Sequence record: SRR31156797_2770
Strand: one strand, 5' to 3'
Length of the DNA stretch: 64,000 nucleotides
Of the stretch, positions 63,556-64,000 are shown piece by piece. The number at the start of each line of letters is the position of its first letter. Position 1 is the stretch's first letter. The translations under genes were made by a program, and so were the position numbers. Below the pieces are notes generated by a model, which saw only the letters and a program-made list of their open reading frames with translations, searched no databases and was not told the origin of the DNA.

Positions 63556-63804
63556 ATGAAAAAAACGAATTTCGTTGTTGTTTTTTGGCTGATTCTTACA
63601 CTTATTTCTTTCATTGTCTTTCTGTTCAACTTCAATTCCTTCTGGCAATACCTCTCTTCCTTGATTTTTCCCATTGATGGCAGCTACTTAGATAAAAATC
63701 GTTATTATCGTCAACTGTTTTCTGTGACCCCTATGTTGATAGTTACAGTCGGATTTTTTTACGCTGGTCTCAAACAAGCATTGAAAGTTTACAATCAAAG
63801 TTAA
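63556..63804 (+). CDS. Small two-TM membrane protein, unknown function
   Basis: RBS AAGGAG, TG-N-TATACT upstream, two hydrophobic segments. Confidence 0.7.
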   Translation: MKKTNFVVVFWLILTLISFIVFLFNFNSFWQYLSSLIFPIDGSYLDKNRYYRQLFSVTPMLIVTVGFFYAGLKQALKVYNQS

Positions 63805-63891
63805 ACTATTTCCGCCTCGCAGTAAGGTTATCATTTTTTTATGCAGCAATGATTTTAGCATAACCTCAACGCTTTTTACCAAACGATTTAA

Positions 63892-63938
63892 GTAAATGAG
63901 AAAGCAACAGGGATGCTGCGTTCTCATTTGCTTTTTTG
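63892..63938 (+). terminator. Intrinsic terminator
   Basis: GTAAATGAGAA...TTCTCATTTGC + T6. Confidence 0.65.
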
Positions 63939-64000
63939 ATAGCTAAAATATTTACTGGTACCTATAAGATAATAGTTGACGAGAAAGGTTGGCATGCTCA

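Noticed and set aside
499-63927. Many short ORF-track entries overlapping longer genes
   Set aside because: Shadow frames of well-supported genes, without RBS or motifs

Overview
A 64-kb chromosomal segment of a low-GC Firmicute. Gene content and order (pbp1b-ccpA-pepQ, liaXYZ, mptR-mptBACD-manO) point to an Enterococcus; the leuABCD operon suggests the E. casseliflavus/gallinarum group (inference). It is mostly core genome. In order it holds: a surface adhesin cut by the window edge, a complete Bce-type two-component/ABC module, azoreductase, nfo, tyrS, a class A PBP, ccpA, pepQ, ytxGH, galU-gpsA-lgt-hprK, an M3 peptidase, liaXYZ, pst-phoU, the recN...nusB-yqhY-pepP cluster, a sigma54-dependent mannose PTS, a phosphonate-type ABC transporter, rplU-prp-rpmA, a Cys-free UDG-like gene, leuABCD, a trmR-like methyltransferase and tRNA-Arg(UCU) followed by a probable integrase/att relic. 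No CRISPR array, rRNA or intact IS element was seen. The most interesting signals are non-coding and absent from the ORF track: (1) a 16-codon leader peptide with four tandem Leu codons plus attenuator hairpins upstream of leuA; (2) a candidate ~165-nt sRNA divergent from pstS with two identical TTCCCCAA loops; (3) a candidate ~55-nt C-rich sRNA whose promoter has the same 11-bp-repeat/9-nt/-10 architecture as the pstC and phnD promoters; (4) PurBoxes in the phn leader. All product calls come from motif recognition by eye; no database search or folding computation was run.
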